Below, in pieces: positions 1-8,930 of a stretch of DNA of 64,000 nt (positions are counted from its first letter, which is position 1; each line of letters starts with the position of its first letter). The translations under genes were made by a program, and so were the position numbers. This stretch comes from a virus. The notes below the pieces were generated by a model. The model was not told where the DNA came from. It ran no database searches and was given only the letters and a program-made list of their open reading frames with translations. Where the stretch lies: positions 229,116 through 293,115 of the IMG/VR virus record IMGVR_UViG_3300037722_000745, one strand, 5' to 3'.

Positions 1-231
1 GGTGAGCTTGTGCGGCACGACCGTCGGCTTAAGACCGAACATAAACAACAGGGTTTGCCCGAGCGCCTGAGCCTTGTTCTTACCCACGCTCGGCTTGCCG
101 TGGAATTGGGCCAGGGTGTTCTTCTGTTCCACCCGGTCGAAGTCGATGATCTTGAGGTCGGCCTCACCCCGGAGGAACAAGGCCAAGTGGGAGCCTAGAG
201 CGCCGGCTCCAACGATGGTTACGTACTTCAT
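1..231 (-). CDS. ThiF/E1-like ubiquitin-activating protein (partial, runs off window)
   Basis: Hand translation MKYVTIVGAGALGSHLALFLRGEADLKIIDFDRVEQKNTLAQFHGKPSVGKNKAQAL: GxGxxG, DxDxVExxN and the conserved K of the ThiF adenylation domain; RBS GAGG upstream; missed by the ORF track. Confidence 0.9.
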   Translation of the reverse strand, partial: MKYVTIVGAGALGSHLALFLRGEADLKIIDFDRVEQKNTLAQFHGKPSVGKNKAQALGQTLLFMFGLKPTVVPHKLT

Positions 232-250
232 AGCGACCTCCTTGCGCTCT

Positions 251-685
251 TTATCGCTTTGGCAAAAAGCGCCTAGATTCATTCATGGCGTTTTCGTACT
301 GACGCCATTGCACCAGCTCTTTGAGGTACTCAGCGATGCGTTCCTTGTTCGCTGGATGGTCAAGTTGTATGCCATCCTTAGTAATCAACTCGACTACCTC
401 ATCCAGAGAGTGGTTCTCTGCTAACTTAGACACAGAACCGAAGGGGACCTTCGGCCTCAGTTGGATCAAGTTGTACGGACGAGCCTCGTTTGCCGAGAAT
501 CGGTCCACCACGAAATCCGTCAGGTCCACCTCCTGTGCGTCGATGCCGGGGATACCGCCCCGCAAGGCTTCAGAGACCCACCCTCGTACATCCCCGTCCG
601 TTGAATCGAACGCCACCGGGTCCGGCAGGTCACCATTCTGACCGCCGTAGGTGACGTTCACCTTGGCTTCGTGTTCTGCGATCAT
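251..685 (-). CDS. Ubiquitin-like (beta-grasp) protein ending RPKVPFG, with a ~60-aa C-terminal extension
   Basis: 83-aa domain ending LRPKVPFG (Gly codon 437-439); lies between JAB and ThiF genes; strong RBS GGAGG. Confidence 0.65.
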   Translation of the reverse strand: MIAEHEAKVNVTYGGQNGDLPDPVAFDSTDGDVRGWVSEALRGGIPGIDAQEVDLTDFVVDRFSANEARPYNLIQLRPKVPFGSVSKLAENHSLDEVVELITKDGIQLDHPANKERIAEYLKELVQWRQYENAMNESRRFLPKR

Positions 686-1344
686 GTTATACCTCCTTGT
701 GATCCAATCTTAGGCAGCCCCGACTCTCGCCGAAGCTGTTCCATCCAGGGGGGCTTGTACAGTGCAGGTCCCTTGCGGTAATCCAAGCGTCCCGGACCGA
801 CCCAACATAATTCGCAGAATCGATCCGCCGTAGTGATCCACCAGACAAGACGCTTACCCAAAGCCGCTTCAACCGCGTGGAAGGTCGTCACATCCTCATA
901 GGACGGGCCGGGCTCTCCAAACCCCGGGTGACTGTGAGCGAAACCCAGGACGCGCTCCCGGTGCTCCCAGATGACATCCCACAGCTCGCGGCTGTCGGGA
1001 AGGCTCCCCACGGTTCGACCCGCGGGATTGTGCCAGTAGATCGGGTTGCAATCCAGATCCACCAAAACTCCAGCTTCGACGCTCATGTGATTCCCCGTGT
1101 TCTCCATTGTGCGGACCACTGAATGCACTGACCCAAACGGATCCACATAGCGACCCGGGTAGTCAGGATGTGTAGGGAGTTTGCCCTCCGAACAGTCGTA
1201 TTGAGGATCCTCCGACCACCCGCAGTTAGAACAACCCCAAGGGCCGTAAATGACCCCAACCCCCACGTCGACCGAATCCTGCCTACAGGGCTCGCTGCAT
1301 TCCGGACATTTTAACTCTTGATGGTCCACTCGGTCTTCTCCCAT
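682..1344 (-). CDS. JAB/JAMM (Mov34/MPN) metalloprotease; JAB domain from Met at 1086, N-terminal Zn-ribbon region in frame
   Basis: E...HSHPGFGEPGPSYED matches the JAMM HxH...SxxD motif; N-terminal CPEC/CSNC pairs. Confidence 0.85.
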   Translation of the reverse strand: MGEDRVDHQELKCPECSEPCRQDSVDVGVGVIYGPWGCSNCGWSEDPQYDCSEGKLPTHPDYPGRYVDPFGSVHSVVRTMENTGNHMSVEAGVLVDLDCNPIYWHNPAGRTVGSLPDSRELWDVIWEHRERVLGFAHSHPGFGEPGPSYEDVTTFHAVEAALGKRLVWWITTADRFCELCWVGPGRLDYRKGPALYKPPWMEQLRRESGLPKIGSQGGIT

Positions 1345-1493
1345 TCAGCCACGCAGTCGAGGCAGAAACTGTCTTTGCCAGCCTCCTTCGAGTAGTCTGA
1401 CGCTGCGAGCCACCGATGTGCCGACGGCCACGAGTTTGGCTCACCTGCGCCGCATAGTGCCAACCCGTGCCAAAGAAGGTGGACAACCCTCAC
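1311..1493 (-). CDS. Small hypothetical protein (His/Cys Zn-binding-like)
   Basis: Overlapping start/stop packing with neighbours; CLDC motif. Confidence 0.5.
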   Translation of the reverse strand: MRVVHLLWHGLALCGAGEPNSWPSAHRWLAASDYSKEAGKDSFCLDCVAEWEKTEWTIKS

Positions 1494-1795
1494 AGCGACT
1501 GGACCTTCCAGTCGTCGAGATTACAGCCCTCGGGACCGTGTTCAATGATCTGCCTCACATGTCCGGGGCCAAACGGTACCTTGTGGTTGAAGGCAGCACC
1601 GCCCTCGAACTGGTCGTACTCATCTTGATCGGTCCATCGCCGCGACGTGCAGGTGAACTGCGTCGCCGCCCCGCCGCTGAGATCTTGGATCGTCAGCTTC
1701 AGTACCTTGGGGGTCCAGCCCTTGGTTCGCGGGGTGATCGCCCAATGGTACGTCGTACCCATGAACTCTAGTTTGCGTCCCTTGTGCAGTGCCAT
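1490..1795 (-). CDS. Hypothetical protein
   Basis: MALHKGRKLEF... begins right after the stop of the upstream gene. Confidence 0.6.
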   Translation of the reverse strand: MALHKGRKLEFMGTTYHWAITPRTKGWTPKVLKLTIQDLSGGAATQFTCTSRRWTDQDEYDQFEGGAAFNHKVPFGPGHVRQIIEHGPEGCNLDDWKVQSL

Positions 1796-1797
1796 CG

Positions 1798-2748
1798 CTA
1801 ACCCACATGCCGAAACACTACAAGACGACCTTCCCGCTCCGCCTGGCGAATGACCGGCGGCAGAGATTCTAAACTCAACCAAGCATCCCCGCGGGTGCCG
1901 CCCGCAAAATCCGTGTCGTCGTAGTGTGCCGTCAGACAGATGCCCGCGTCGATGATCTGTAGAGTCCGAGCGTCGCATGTGCACTCGTAACGCCGCCCAC
2001 CCATCCGGAACCGCACGACCATCTCGTTGCGTCGCGGGGCCTGCCGGTGATCGAGATACTCAGCCTCACCAACCGCGAGAGCCGCCCGAGCCGCGGTCCC
2101 GAAATCCTCTTGGGCCAACGCCCGCCGGCCAGCACCATCACCGAGCTGCTCCGCGATCTCCCGACGACGGGTTTCCCGCTGCCGTTCCTCTTCCTCACGC
2201 TGAAGGCGTTCCGCCAGCTCCCGCCGACGCCGCTCCGCCTCCAACCGCCGCCACCGCTCAAGCGTGAAGGCGACATCCAAAGCCGGCGACACCTCTCGGA
2301 TATCAGCTAGCGTATCCTTGCCGTCCAGAAAGGCCGTCTGCACCTCGAACTCGGGCCCCAGAGGCATTTCTTGCTGGATGTAGACCAACGGGCCGTCCTC
2401 GGACACGCGGCCCGCAGAGACCCGTACGAAGCGATCTAGGCCCGGTTCGATGAGATGGACCCGCTCCGTCTCGCTCTTAAAGGAGGCGAGCTTCCTTTGC
2501 GAAGCCGACACGAGCCGATCGCCGACCAGGTAGCCTACCTCTCGGTACTTGAGCTGCTCCGGCTCGGGATCACACACCTCCTGGACCCGAGCCGTCCGAC
2601 CGCCCACCGAGAACCGAACCCAGCCATGCTCCGCCGGCAGCCGACCCTCGATCACCCACCGACGTGGGCCCGACCGGAGGGACCTACCCCCAATCCAAGG
2701 CGCGACAAGCGTCTCGCCTTCAGTCGCAAGTAAGTCTCTCCAACCCAT
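1798..2748 (-). CDS. Conserved protein of the Ubl cluster, putative E2-like C-terminal domain; contains an in-frame CRISPR-like repeat
   Basis: Start MGWRDLL aligns with paralog MTWRTLL; coiled coil, then IIDAGICL (cf. E2 G-x-ICL catalytic Cys) followed by a helix; E2 assignment is inference. Confidence 0.55.
   Translation of the reverse strand: MGWRDLLATEGETLVAPWIGGRSLRSGPRRWVIEGRLPAEHGWVRFSVGGRTARVQEVCDPEPEQLKYREVGYLVGDRLVSASQRKLASFKSETERVHLIEPGLDRFVRVSAGRVSEDGPLVYIQQEMPLGPEFEVQTAFLDGKDTLADIREVSPALDVAFTLERWRRLEAERRRRELAERLQREEEERQRETRRREIAEQLGDGAGRRALAQEDFGTAARAALAVGEAEYLDHRQAPRRNEMVVRFRMGGRRYECTCDARTLQIIDAGICLTAHYDDTDFAGGTRGDAWLSLESLPPVIRQAEREGRLVVFRHVG
2468..2503 (-). repeat. Solitary CRISPR-like repeat, family A
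   Basis: TTCGCAAAGGAAGCTCGCCTCCTTTAAGAGCGAGAC; same architecture as the array repeat at 14640-14894. Confidence 0.85.
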
Positions 2749-2903
2749 GGCCCAGCCACCTATTACACCGATTAGGCTGCCAGCAAACAACCAAAACGAA
2801 GGGATTCGCCCCATCAAAGTGGAATTACTACCACTGTCACGGCGTCCAAATTTTGGTTTGGGATGTCACATGAGGGTTAATTAAACACCCTGATTTCAAC
2901 GAC

Positions 2904-3185
2904 GTGTTGGGTTTGGCCTACTTCCTGCAAGCCTGGCGGAGCCCTCCTGGGGCCAAAATGGAGATGAAAATGAAAGACACAGAACGCCTGCTGCCCTGGA
3001 ACCAACACGGCGACATTCACCACACGTTCACGAACAAAGGGTCTGGAATTGTCTACCCGCACGACGAAGGCTTCCACTGGGAAGTTTTTGGTGGTGGAGA
3101 CAGCTCCTGGCACGACCAGGCGGAATCTCTACACTCAGCTAAAGCCCACGTAGAAGGCACCTTTGTGGGTCGCGGCCTGATTTAG
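2904..3185 (+). CDS. Small hypothetical protein inserted in opposite orientation
   Basis: ORF between the two paralogs, followed by a hairpin at ~3195-3231. Confidence 0.5.
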   Translation: MLGLAYFLQAWRSPPGAKMEMKMKDTERLLPWNQHGDIHHTFTNKGSGIVYPHDEGFHWEVFGGGDSSWHDQAESLHSAKAHVEGTFVGRGLI

Positions 3186-3214
3186 ATCGACAAGCGGGGC
3201 GTCGTCTAATTTCA

Positions 3215-3598
3215 CTACCAGACGACGCCCCCACCTCGTTTTTCAAGCCGGCCCGCAGAGACCCGTACAAAGCGATCTAGGCCCGGTTCGATGAGATGGA
3301 CCCGCTCCGCAGCACGGAGAACCTCCCCGTCCGCTTGTCCAGCCTGAACCGAGGACGGTACGAGGCGATCTCCAACGAGATAGCCAACCTGCCTGTGCCA
3401 CAGGCTTTCTAACTCAGGTTCGGCCAGAGCCTTGACCTGAGCCTTACGTCCCTCCAACGCAAACTCAATCCAGCCATGCTCTACAGGAAGGCTCCCCTCG
3501 ATGACCCAGCGACGGGAGCCCGACCGGAGGGACCGGCCCCCAACCCAAGGTGCGACAATCGTCTCACCTTCTTTCTGAAGTAGGGTCCTCCAAGTCAT
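3215..3598 (-). pseudogene. Truncated paralog of the N-terminal half of 1798-2748
   Basis: APWVGGRSLRSG...VGYLVGDRLV...ERVHLIEPGLDRFVRVSAGR, then abrupt stop; ~60 nt (3250-3309) nearly identical to 2409-2468. Confidence 0.85.
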
Positions 3599-4527
3599 GA
3601 CTCTCCAACCCTAATCTTCCAGGACTCCAAACTCTCACCACGTCTTCTACGTCGGGCCAACTTCAGTCTTGCTTCGGGGGTACTAAGAGCCTTCGTTATA
3701 GCCTCGCTATGTTTGGCTTTAACTTCGGGGATACTGAGTGTCTGGGCTATAGCCCTACCGCGTTTCTCTTTCTCCCCAGGTTGAGCCCATTGGCCTTTCA
3801 TCCTACGACTCATAGCGGCCAGCCGTTCCAAAGTCATTGATGCTTGAACACCAATCTTATGGCGCTTCTTCACCTCAGGTAGGGCCAGTCTCTTAGCTGC
3901 CTCAATGCTTAGCTTCTTTCGCACCTCACTTGTATACCCGGCTTTTTGAAGCTTGATGCGTTGCCCCCTTTCCTCGGCCGAGTACCCAGCCCAAGATGCC
4001 TTAAGACCCGCACTACGTTTCTCCTTCTCACCGGGTCTGGAGTAAACCTCCAACATCTTAGCTCTACGACGAGCTTTAGAATCAGGTTGACTGCAGGCCA
4101 AGATCAACGCTTCACGGTGCCTAGCCTTTACGTCGGGCCGTGCCATAGCTAACTTTACCCCAGCACTGTTCTTAGCTCGAACCTCCGGCCTATTCTGAGC
4201 CTCTTTCCCAGACACCGACATTTTCCGTCGAGTCTCTGCCGAAGGCTTCCCGTTTGACCCACCTGTCTTCAGATTGTACCCAAGCGGAGACAGAGAGGTG
4301 GCCACCCATTTAATTTCCAGCGCATCCAATTCCTCTTTCGAGGATGCCTCACCAACGACCTCAAACACGAATTTGTCTCGGCCATACTTGGCGATAGCCG
4401 CCCGCAAAGCGTGGCAATGGCTGTCAGTCCTGAAATGATGTGACCACCTCTCCGAAGGGTTGATGGTTTGACCGTGGTAACATTTTCCGCTGACCAAACA
4501 ACGAATCCTGTAAACCAAACCGTACAC
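3595..4527 (-). CDS. GIY-YIG homing endonuclease (Seg-like) with NUMOD3-type repeats
   Basis: GLVY-x-YHGQT, R, E, GYN motifs; repeated SAETRRKMS/PEVKAK segments. Confidence 0.88.
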   Translation of the reverse strand: MYGLVYRIRCLVSGKCYHGQTINPSERWSHHFRTDSHCHALRAAIAKYGRDKFVFEVVGEASSKEELDALEIKWVATSLSPLGYNLKTGGSNGKPSAETRRKMSVSGKEAQNRPEVRAKNSAGVKLAMARPDVKARHREALILACSQPDSKARRRAKMLEVYSRPGEKEKRSAGLKASWAGYSAEERGQRIKLQKAGYTSEVRKKLSIEAAKRLALPEVKKRHKIGVQASMTLERLAAMSRRMKGQWAQPGEKEKRGRAIAQTLSIPEVKAKHSEAITKALSTPEARLKLARRRRRGESLESWKIRVGES

Positions 4528-4537
4528 AACCGCAGTT

Positions 4538-6475
4538 TTAGCAAAAGGCTGCTGGCTTCTGCAACAGATCCGTCTTGAGAATGGTTTCCACGAGGGTTAC
4601 TCGCGGAGCGGCCTTTACCACTGCCCTACCTACCGGCGTGGCAGCGATCATGGCTCGGATGGTAGGCGGGATCGCGTAGGGATCCGCGAAGATCCCCTCG
4701 TCGATCATGAAGCACGGGATGCCGAGTTGGGCTGCCGTGTCCGTGACCGCGTGGTACATGGGGGAGCTGCGGACCTTCAAGAAGCCAAATGCAATCGGGT
4801 TGAGGCCCGAAGCTTGGACCGCCTTATGGAACGGGCCAGCCTCCTCATCTCCGACGAAGATAAACAACACATCCTCGTCCGGCTGAGGCTTATGTTGATT
4901 GAGAGCCCGAACCCCCGCTCCGTAGTCAGTCCCTCCTCCTGCATGGATCCCGCGGAACGCCTGTTCGACGCCCGCTGCGGATTCATGCTTAAGGGCAATC
5001 TCTCGCCCCGTAGTGTTGAAGACCGAGATGTGCACCTGGTCCTTGGGGAAGCCCTGTAGGAACTTCGCCAAGTAGCGCTTGGCTTCGGTGATCGCGTTCT
5101 GCATGGATCCCGAGATGTCCACCATGAAGTAGATCCGCAAACCCTTCACGACTTCCTCGACCGCCGCCTTGAGGGCGTTGTCGGCCGCCTCGTTCAGCTT
5201 CTCTTGGGTCGCCTTCGACCGCACTCGGGTCGCGATGTTCGCTGCCCGCATGTCGTCGGCTTCCTTAGTGGCACACTCCCACCGCTCTCGAATCTCCTGG
5301 ACCTCAAGAAGTCCAAGCTCTTCGAGCGTTGGGGTTGCGATCAAAAGGTCCTTGTTGGAAAGAGACCCTGCCTCGATGGCTGCCGCCACAATCGCCCGCG
5401 TCAGCCCCATACCCTTCGGCAGGAGCCCCACGATGCGCTTGAAGTTAGGCTTGGTCGCAACGATAGTCTCGCAGACCTGCTCCTCCGAAAGGCCCTCCCA
5501 GGACTCCGCAGCCTTGACAGCCTGGCCGATGGCGACGGTACGGTGACCCTCGTCGGCCTGCTGCTGCCCCCACCGCAGCGTCTCGAAGAACTTTGGTGAG
5601 GTCGGCTTGTACCGGCAGGCGATGGCGAGTTCGATCACCTTCGTCCGGAAGCCCGCCTTGACGAGGCCCTCCAACATCTGAGGGTTCTCTTCACGGTACC
5701 GGAGCCACTTCTCCGCCGCCTTGGGCCAACGACCCATGAACGGCCGACGAGCGGACTTGCCAAAGCCCAGCTCCCGGTTGATCTCGGCCACCTGCGGCAG
5801 CCGTAGGATGTCGTGGATCCGCATTAGAAGCTTGGGATCGAATGTCTTGATCTCGTTCTTCTGTTGTGCCCCGTCACCTTGAGAGCGGGACCGGGTGAGC
5901 AGCAGCATGGCCTCACCGACATCCCGGTAATCCTCGTCGAAGAACAGGACCTTGCCGTTCTCAACAACCGGGTCACCCTTGCGGTATTGCACGAGCATGA
6001 ACGCCGCGAGAATGACCTTCAGGTCCCGGTGCTCCTGCCCGAATGCGTAGCTGGCCCACTTGGCGGCGAACTCGTTGTCGAGCTTCCAGACCTCGGCGAC
6101 CTGCTTGTACATCCAGATCACGACCTCCGGGTAGAGGCCGGGCGGCTGGTAGCGACCAACAGCGCGGTTGCCGTCCTTAACGATGACATCGCCCTGAAGC
6201 ACTGGGGCGAGCGTCGCGGGGTTCCGACCCGTGGTCATCTTCCCGAGCTTGACCTTGGTGCCCTTCCGACGGCCCACGCCCTTGCGAAGCTCGTAGACGA
6301 TCTTGTCGCCCTCTTCCTCTGCGTGGGTCACCGGCAGCCACTTCGTGCCCACCACGGAGCCAGGATCTGGAATCACTACGCCTGGTCGGTTGTGCATTGC
6401 GTGATCAGAATACGAGAGGACCGTCTGGAGGATTCTCTCAGCCGGCCCGAGTGCGTTCTGTTCGTGATTTGGCAC
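4538..6475 (-). CDS. vWA-domain protein with TROVE/Ro60-like helical N-terminal region
   Basis: MIDAS DISGSM...GGTDYG...VGDEE; DNEFAAKWASYA and AESWE segments resemble TROVE; GTG start after GAGAGG. Confidence 0.7.
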   Translation of the reverse strand: MPNHEQNALGPAERILQTVLSYSDHAMHNRPGVVIPDPGSVVGTKWLPVTHAEEEGDKIVYELRKGVGRRKGTKVKLGKMTTGRNPATLAPVLQGDVIVKDGNRAVGRYQPPGLYPEVVIWMYKQVAEVWKLDNEFAAKWASYAFGQEHRDLKVILAAFMLVQYRKGDPVVENGKVLFFDEDYRDVGEAMLLLTRSRSQGDGAQQKNEIKTFDPKLLMRIHDILRLPQVAEINRELGFGKSARRPFMGRWPKAAEKWLRYREENPQMLEGLVKAGFRTKVIELAIACRYKPTSPKFFETLRWGQQQADEGHRTVAIGQAVKAAESWEGLSEEQVCETIVATKPNFKRIVGLLPKGMGLTRAIVAAAIEAGSLSNKDLLIATPTLEELGLLEVQEIRERWECATKEADDMRAANIATRVRSKATQEKLNEAADNALKAAVEEVVKGLRIYFMVDISGSMQNAITEAKRYLAKFLQGFPKDQVHISVFNTTGREIALKHESAAGVEQAFRGIHAGGGTDYGAGVRALNQHKPQPDEDVLFIFVGDEEAGPFHKAVQASGLNPIAFGFLKVRSSPMYHAVTDTAAQLGIPCFMIDEGIFADPYAIPPTIRAMIAATPVGRAVVKAAPRVTLVETILKTDLLQKPAAFC

Positions 6476-6520
6476 GATCCACCTCTCTCGCAACCCTCCG
6501 CATGGGAGGGGAATTGCCGC

Positions 6521-6556
6521 GTCTCGCCTCAGCGAGCAAATTACCGCTAAGGAGGA
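6521..6556 (-). repeat. Solitary CRISPR-like repeat, family B (Cas12j-like 3' half)
   Basis: ...TTTGCTCGCTGAGGCGAGAC in the 5' leader of the vWA gene. Confidence 0.7.
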
Positions 6557-6666
6557 TGACGGCGCCCGTGGTGTCTACTACACCGAAAAGCCAGAACTCG
6601 ACCGAGTTAAAGAGAGCGGGTTTTTGCTGGACCCTGGATTCCCCCGGAAGGGCAGGTCGAGTTTAG

Positions 6667-6738
6667 TCGGGGTGACAGGGATCGAACCTGCGACCTCTCG
6701 CCCCCAAAGCGAGCGCTCTACCACTGAGCAACACCCCG
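6667..6738 (-). tRNA. tRNA-Pro(TGG)
   Basis: Cloverleaf, loop TT-TGG-GG, GGTTCGATCC. Confidence 0.92.
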
Positions 6739-6790
6739 AGAAATCTGTTATACGCTGGCTAGACTACGACAACCACGTGCTCCGAGAGAT

Positions 6791-7021
6791 TTGACCGTGG
6801 ATCACACCTACGACCGCCGCCCGAAGACCGCCACTGATCGCGAGTTCCAAGAGATGGCCGAGATCTACCTCAAGAAGCTCGGCTACTCGCCTAAGCAGGT
6901 CCGCAGCTGGACTCGCAACATGGCCCAGGCCATCGAGAAGGCGTTGAAGTCCTCGCGTGAAACTCGCGAAGTTGAATACCATATCGGTCTCGAAGAGGAA
7001 GGCGAGGAACGTCTTCGCTAA
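6791..7021 (+). CDS. Hypothetical protein
   Basis: ORF with phage-like codon usage. Confidence 0.55.
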   Translation: MTVDHTYDRRPKTATDREFQEMAEIYLKKLGYSPKQVRSWTRNMAQAIEKALKSSRETREVEYHIGLEEEGEERLR

Positions 7022-7222
7022 CCATCAGACTTCACCCCGGTTCTTCGTTTTCCATACGTTCTGTATCTGTGACACAAGGCGCACACCACGTCGCATTTGG
7101 CAGCCTCTTCCTTGGTTCGTTTGAGAGAGCCCGTCCTGCTTGCCGAGCCGAGATCGAACGCCTTAGTTCTTGGATCGCGATGATCGAAGTCCATCGCCCA
7201 ATACGGATGCGAATACCACGGG
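7018..7222 (-). pseudogene. HNH endonuclease C-terminal remnant
   Basis: DFDHRDP...KCDVVCALCH; fused to a tRNA-Pro 5' half. Confidence 0.75.
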
Positions 7223-7225
7223 TGT

Positions 7226-7262
7226 TCCCGAAACAGGCGTCCTACCAGTGGACTACACCCCG
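7226..7262 (-). pseudogene. tRNA-Pro(CGG) 5' half only
   Basis: CGGGGTGTAGTCCACTGGTAGGACGCCTGTTTCGGGA, with no 3' half. Confidence 0.7.
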
Positions 7263-7263
7263 G

Positions 7264-7335
7264 TACGCGCAGAAGGATTTGAACCTTCATTTCTCGCTCA
7301 TCAGACGAGGGTCCTAACCGTTGGACGATGCGCGC
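7264..7335 (-). tRNA. tRNA-Ile(GAT)
   Basis: Cloverleaf, loop CT-GAT-GA. Confidence 0.9.
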
Positions 7336-7502
7336 GTGGTCTGAAATTATGCTGCAAGCCGGCACAGGTGTTCGTACTACGACCTACGCACGGCTCAAGC
7401 TCGGAAAGCCAGTTTGAAGAGTATAGCGAGTTTTACCCAAGTTTAGCGTGATCCAGATAAACTCAGGTAAACTCGCTATACTTCCGCCCCCAAGACGACG
7501 AT

Positions 7503-7709
7503 TCAGTCCTTGTCGTCGTCGGAGTCGTCGTTCTTCTTCTTCTTCTTGATGTTCTTCAAAAACTCGGGCGGAAGCTCACCGGCTACCCGGATACCAAGGC
7601 CCACGAGATCCCGGGCCAGCACCTTGCGGGACGGGCTCTCGGTCTGGGAGTAGGCCAGTAGCTTGCGAAGTTCCGCTTCAAGTTCATCGGCCGATGCGAT
7701 CTTGTTCAT
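7503..7709 (-). CDS. Small hypothetical protein with K/D-rich tail
   Basis: MNKIASADELEAELRKLLAY...KKKKKNDDSDDDKD; a related remnant (KISTPQELQSELR) lies at ~12349-12395. Confidence 0.7.
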   Translation of the reverse strand: MNKIASADELEAELRKLLAYSQTESPSRKVLARDLVGLGIRVAGELPPEFLKNIKKKKKNDDSDDDKD

Positions 7710-7933
7710 GCCTTCACCGGCTCACAAAACGTTCAGCGGACTACTTCCCCTTGGGGGACCAACCTACCCGAAATAACCGATAGGGCCTCATAGGACTCGA
7801 TCAATGCCTGTCTGGTAGGGATGGTATAACCTAGCCACACAGACAGGTCTCTTTGGCCCAAACCACCCACGATGCTGAGCAAGTAAATCACAGCGAGGAA
7901 ATCGTTCATAGGACCTCTATCCCGCCCGAGTTG

Positions 7934-8107
7934 TCAGCCCCGCCGCTTGTTCTTGTTGCGGGGCTTCTGTGCCCCACGCTTGACCCAGCGGCCGGCATTC
8001 TCGTTCCGATGGGGCGGGCAGAACGAGCATGACAGATCGACGACCCGCTTGACGCGCTTGTATGTCCGACTGTCGTTCTCTTCCTTGAGCTGCTGTGCTG
8101 CCTTCAT
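7934..8107 (-). CDS. Small basic protein with CxxCxxH
   Basis: LSCSFCPPH, basic tail. Confidence 0.6.
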   Translation of the reverse strand: MKAAQQLKEENDSRTYKRVKRVVDLSCSFCPPHRNENAGRWVKRGAQKPRNKNKRRG

Positions 8108-8128
8108 GTTGAGCCTCGCTAGGATGGG

Positions 8129-8211
8129 TGCAAGCGGAGGGAGTCGAACCCTCACGGGCTTTCGCCCACAACGACCTCAACGTTGCGCGTCTGCCATTCC
8201 GCCACGCTTGC
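8129..8211 (-). tRNA. tRNA-Leu(GAG)
   Basis: Cloverleaf with long variable arm. Confidence 0.93.
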
Positions 8212-8253
8212 AGTAGTATGTCATGGGTTTCTCCCATTCCGTTACTCGTGGCT

Positions 8254-8328
8254 TGGAAGCGGGAGGTGGAGTCGAACCACCGACCTCGAGCTTATGAGGC
8301 TCGCGAGCTGCCACTGCTCCATCCCGCT
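8254..8328 (-). tRNA. tRNA-Met(CAT)
   Basis: Loop CT-CAT-AA, CCA encoded. Confidence 0.9.
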
Positions 8329-8572
8329 ACGAAAATTCTACGAACTCCGGATCCACCTCGTCGTTGGGGATCGTCGTCAAGAGGGTCGCGATCGACTTCC
8401 GTTGAAGGTCGTTGGTAATATCCTCCAATGTTGGCACCGTACCCCCATCAGCACCAATGAAGATCCTACCGCGACCCCGCTTTCCGAGTTCCAACCTCCT
8501 GCGTTCGCTCGGTTCCACCCAGAAGGTGATGCCCGCGAGGTTGGCTGTGTATGTGATGCGGACTCGTGTCAT
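8327..8572 (-). CDS. Hypothetical protein
   Basis: ORF filling an inter-tRNA gap, preceded by the GGTGTAGT motif. Confidence 0.6.
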   Translation of the reverse strand: MTRVRITYTANLAGITFWVEPSERRRLELGKRGRGRIFIGADGGTVPTLEDITNDLQRKSIATLLTTIPNDEVDPEFVEFS

Positions 8573-8591
8573 GCTGAAAAGACTACACCAG

Positions 8592-8663
8592 CTCGGGCGC
8601 AGGGACTCGAACCCCCGATTAGATGAACCAGAATCACCCGTCCTACCATTAGACGACGCCAGA
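8592..8663 (-). tRNA. tRNA-Gln(CTG)
   Basis: Cloverleaf, loop TT-CTG-GT; some stem mismatches. Confidence 0.82.
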
Positions 8664-8671
8664 AAAACGTT

Positions 8672-8929
8672 TCACGCTCCTGAAGCTCTGCGCTGGACCC
8701 GTTTCGACCACGCCTTGAAGCCTCCAACCCTAGCTCCCAGAAGGCTTTTAGCAATGTCGTGGCGACTCGCGCCTACCGCCATCACATGGCGAGGGTAGCC
8801 CCTCTGCACCATCACGTAAAAGGGCCTGCGTAGCTGCTGGTAGAAGGCCAGCCGGATCGCTGTCCGCAGATCCTCAGACCGTTCCTTGCCGTTCGCTCGG
8901 CGGATGTACGGCTGGAACTTGCTCCGCAT
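8672..8929 (-). CDS. Hypothetical protein
   Basis: ORF packed behind 8931-9146. Confidence 0.5.
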   Translation of the reverse strand: MRSKFQPYIRRANGKERSEDLRTAIRLAFYQQLRRPFYVMVQRGYPRHVMAVGASRHDIAKSLLGARVGGFKAWSKRVQRRASGA

Positions 8930-8930
8930 G

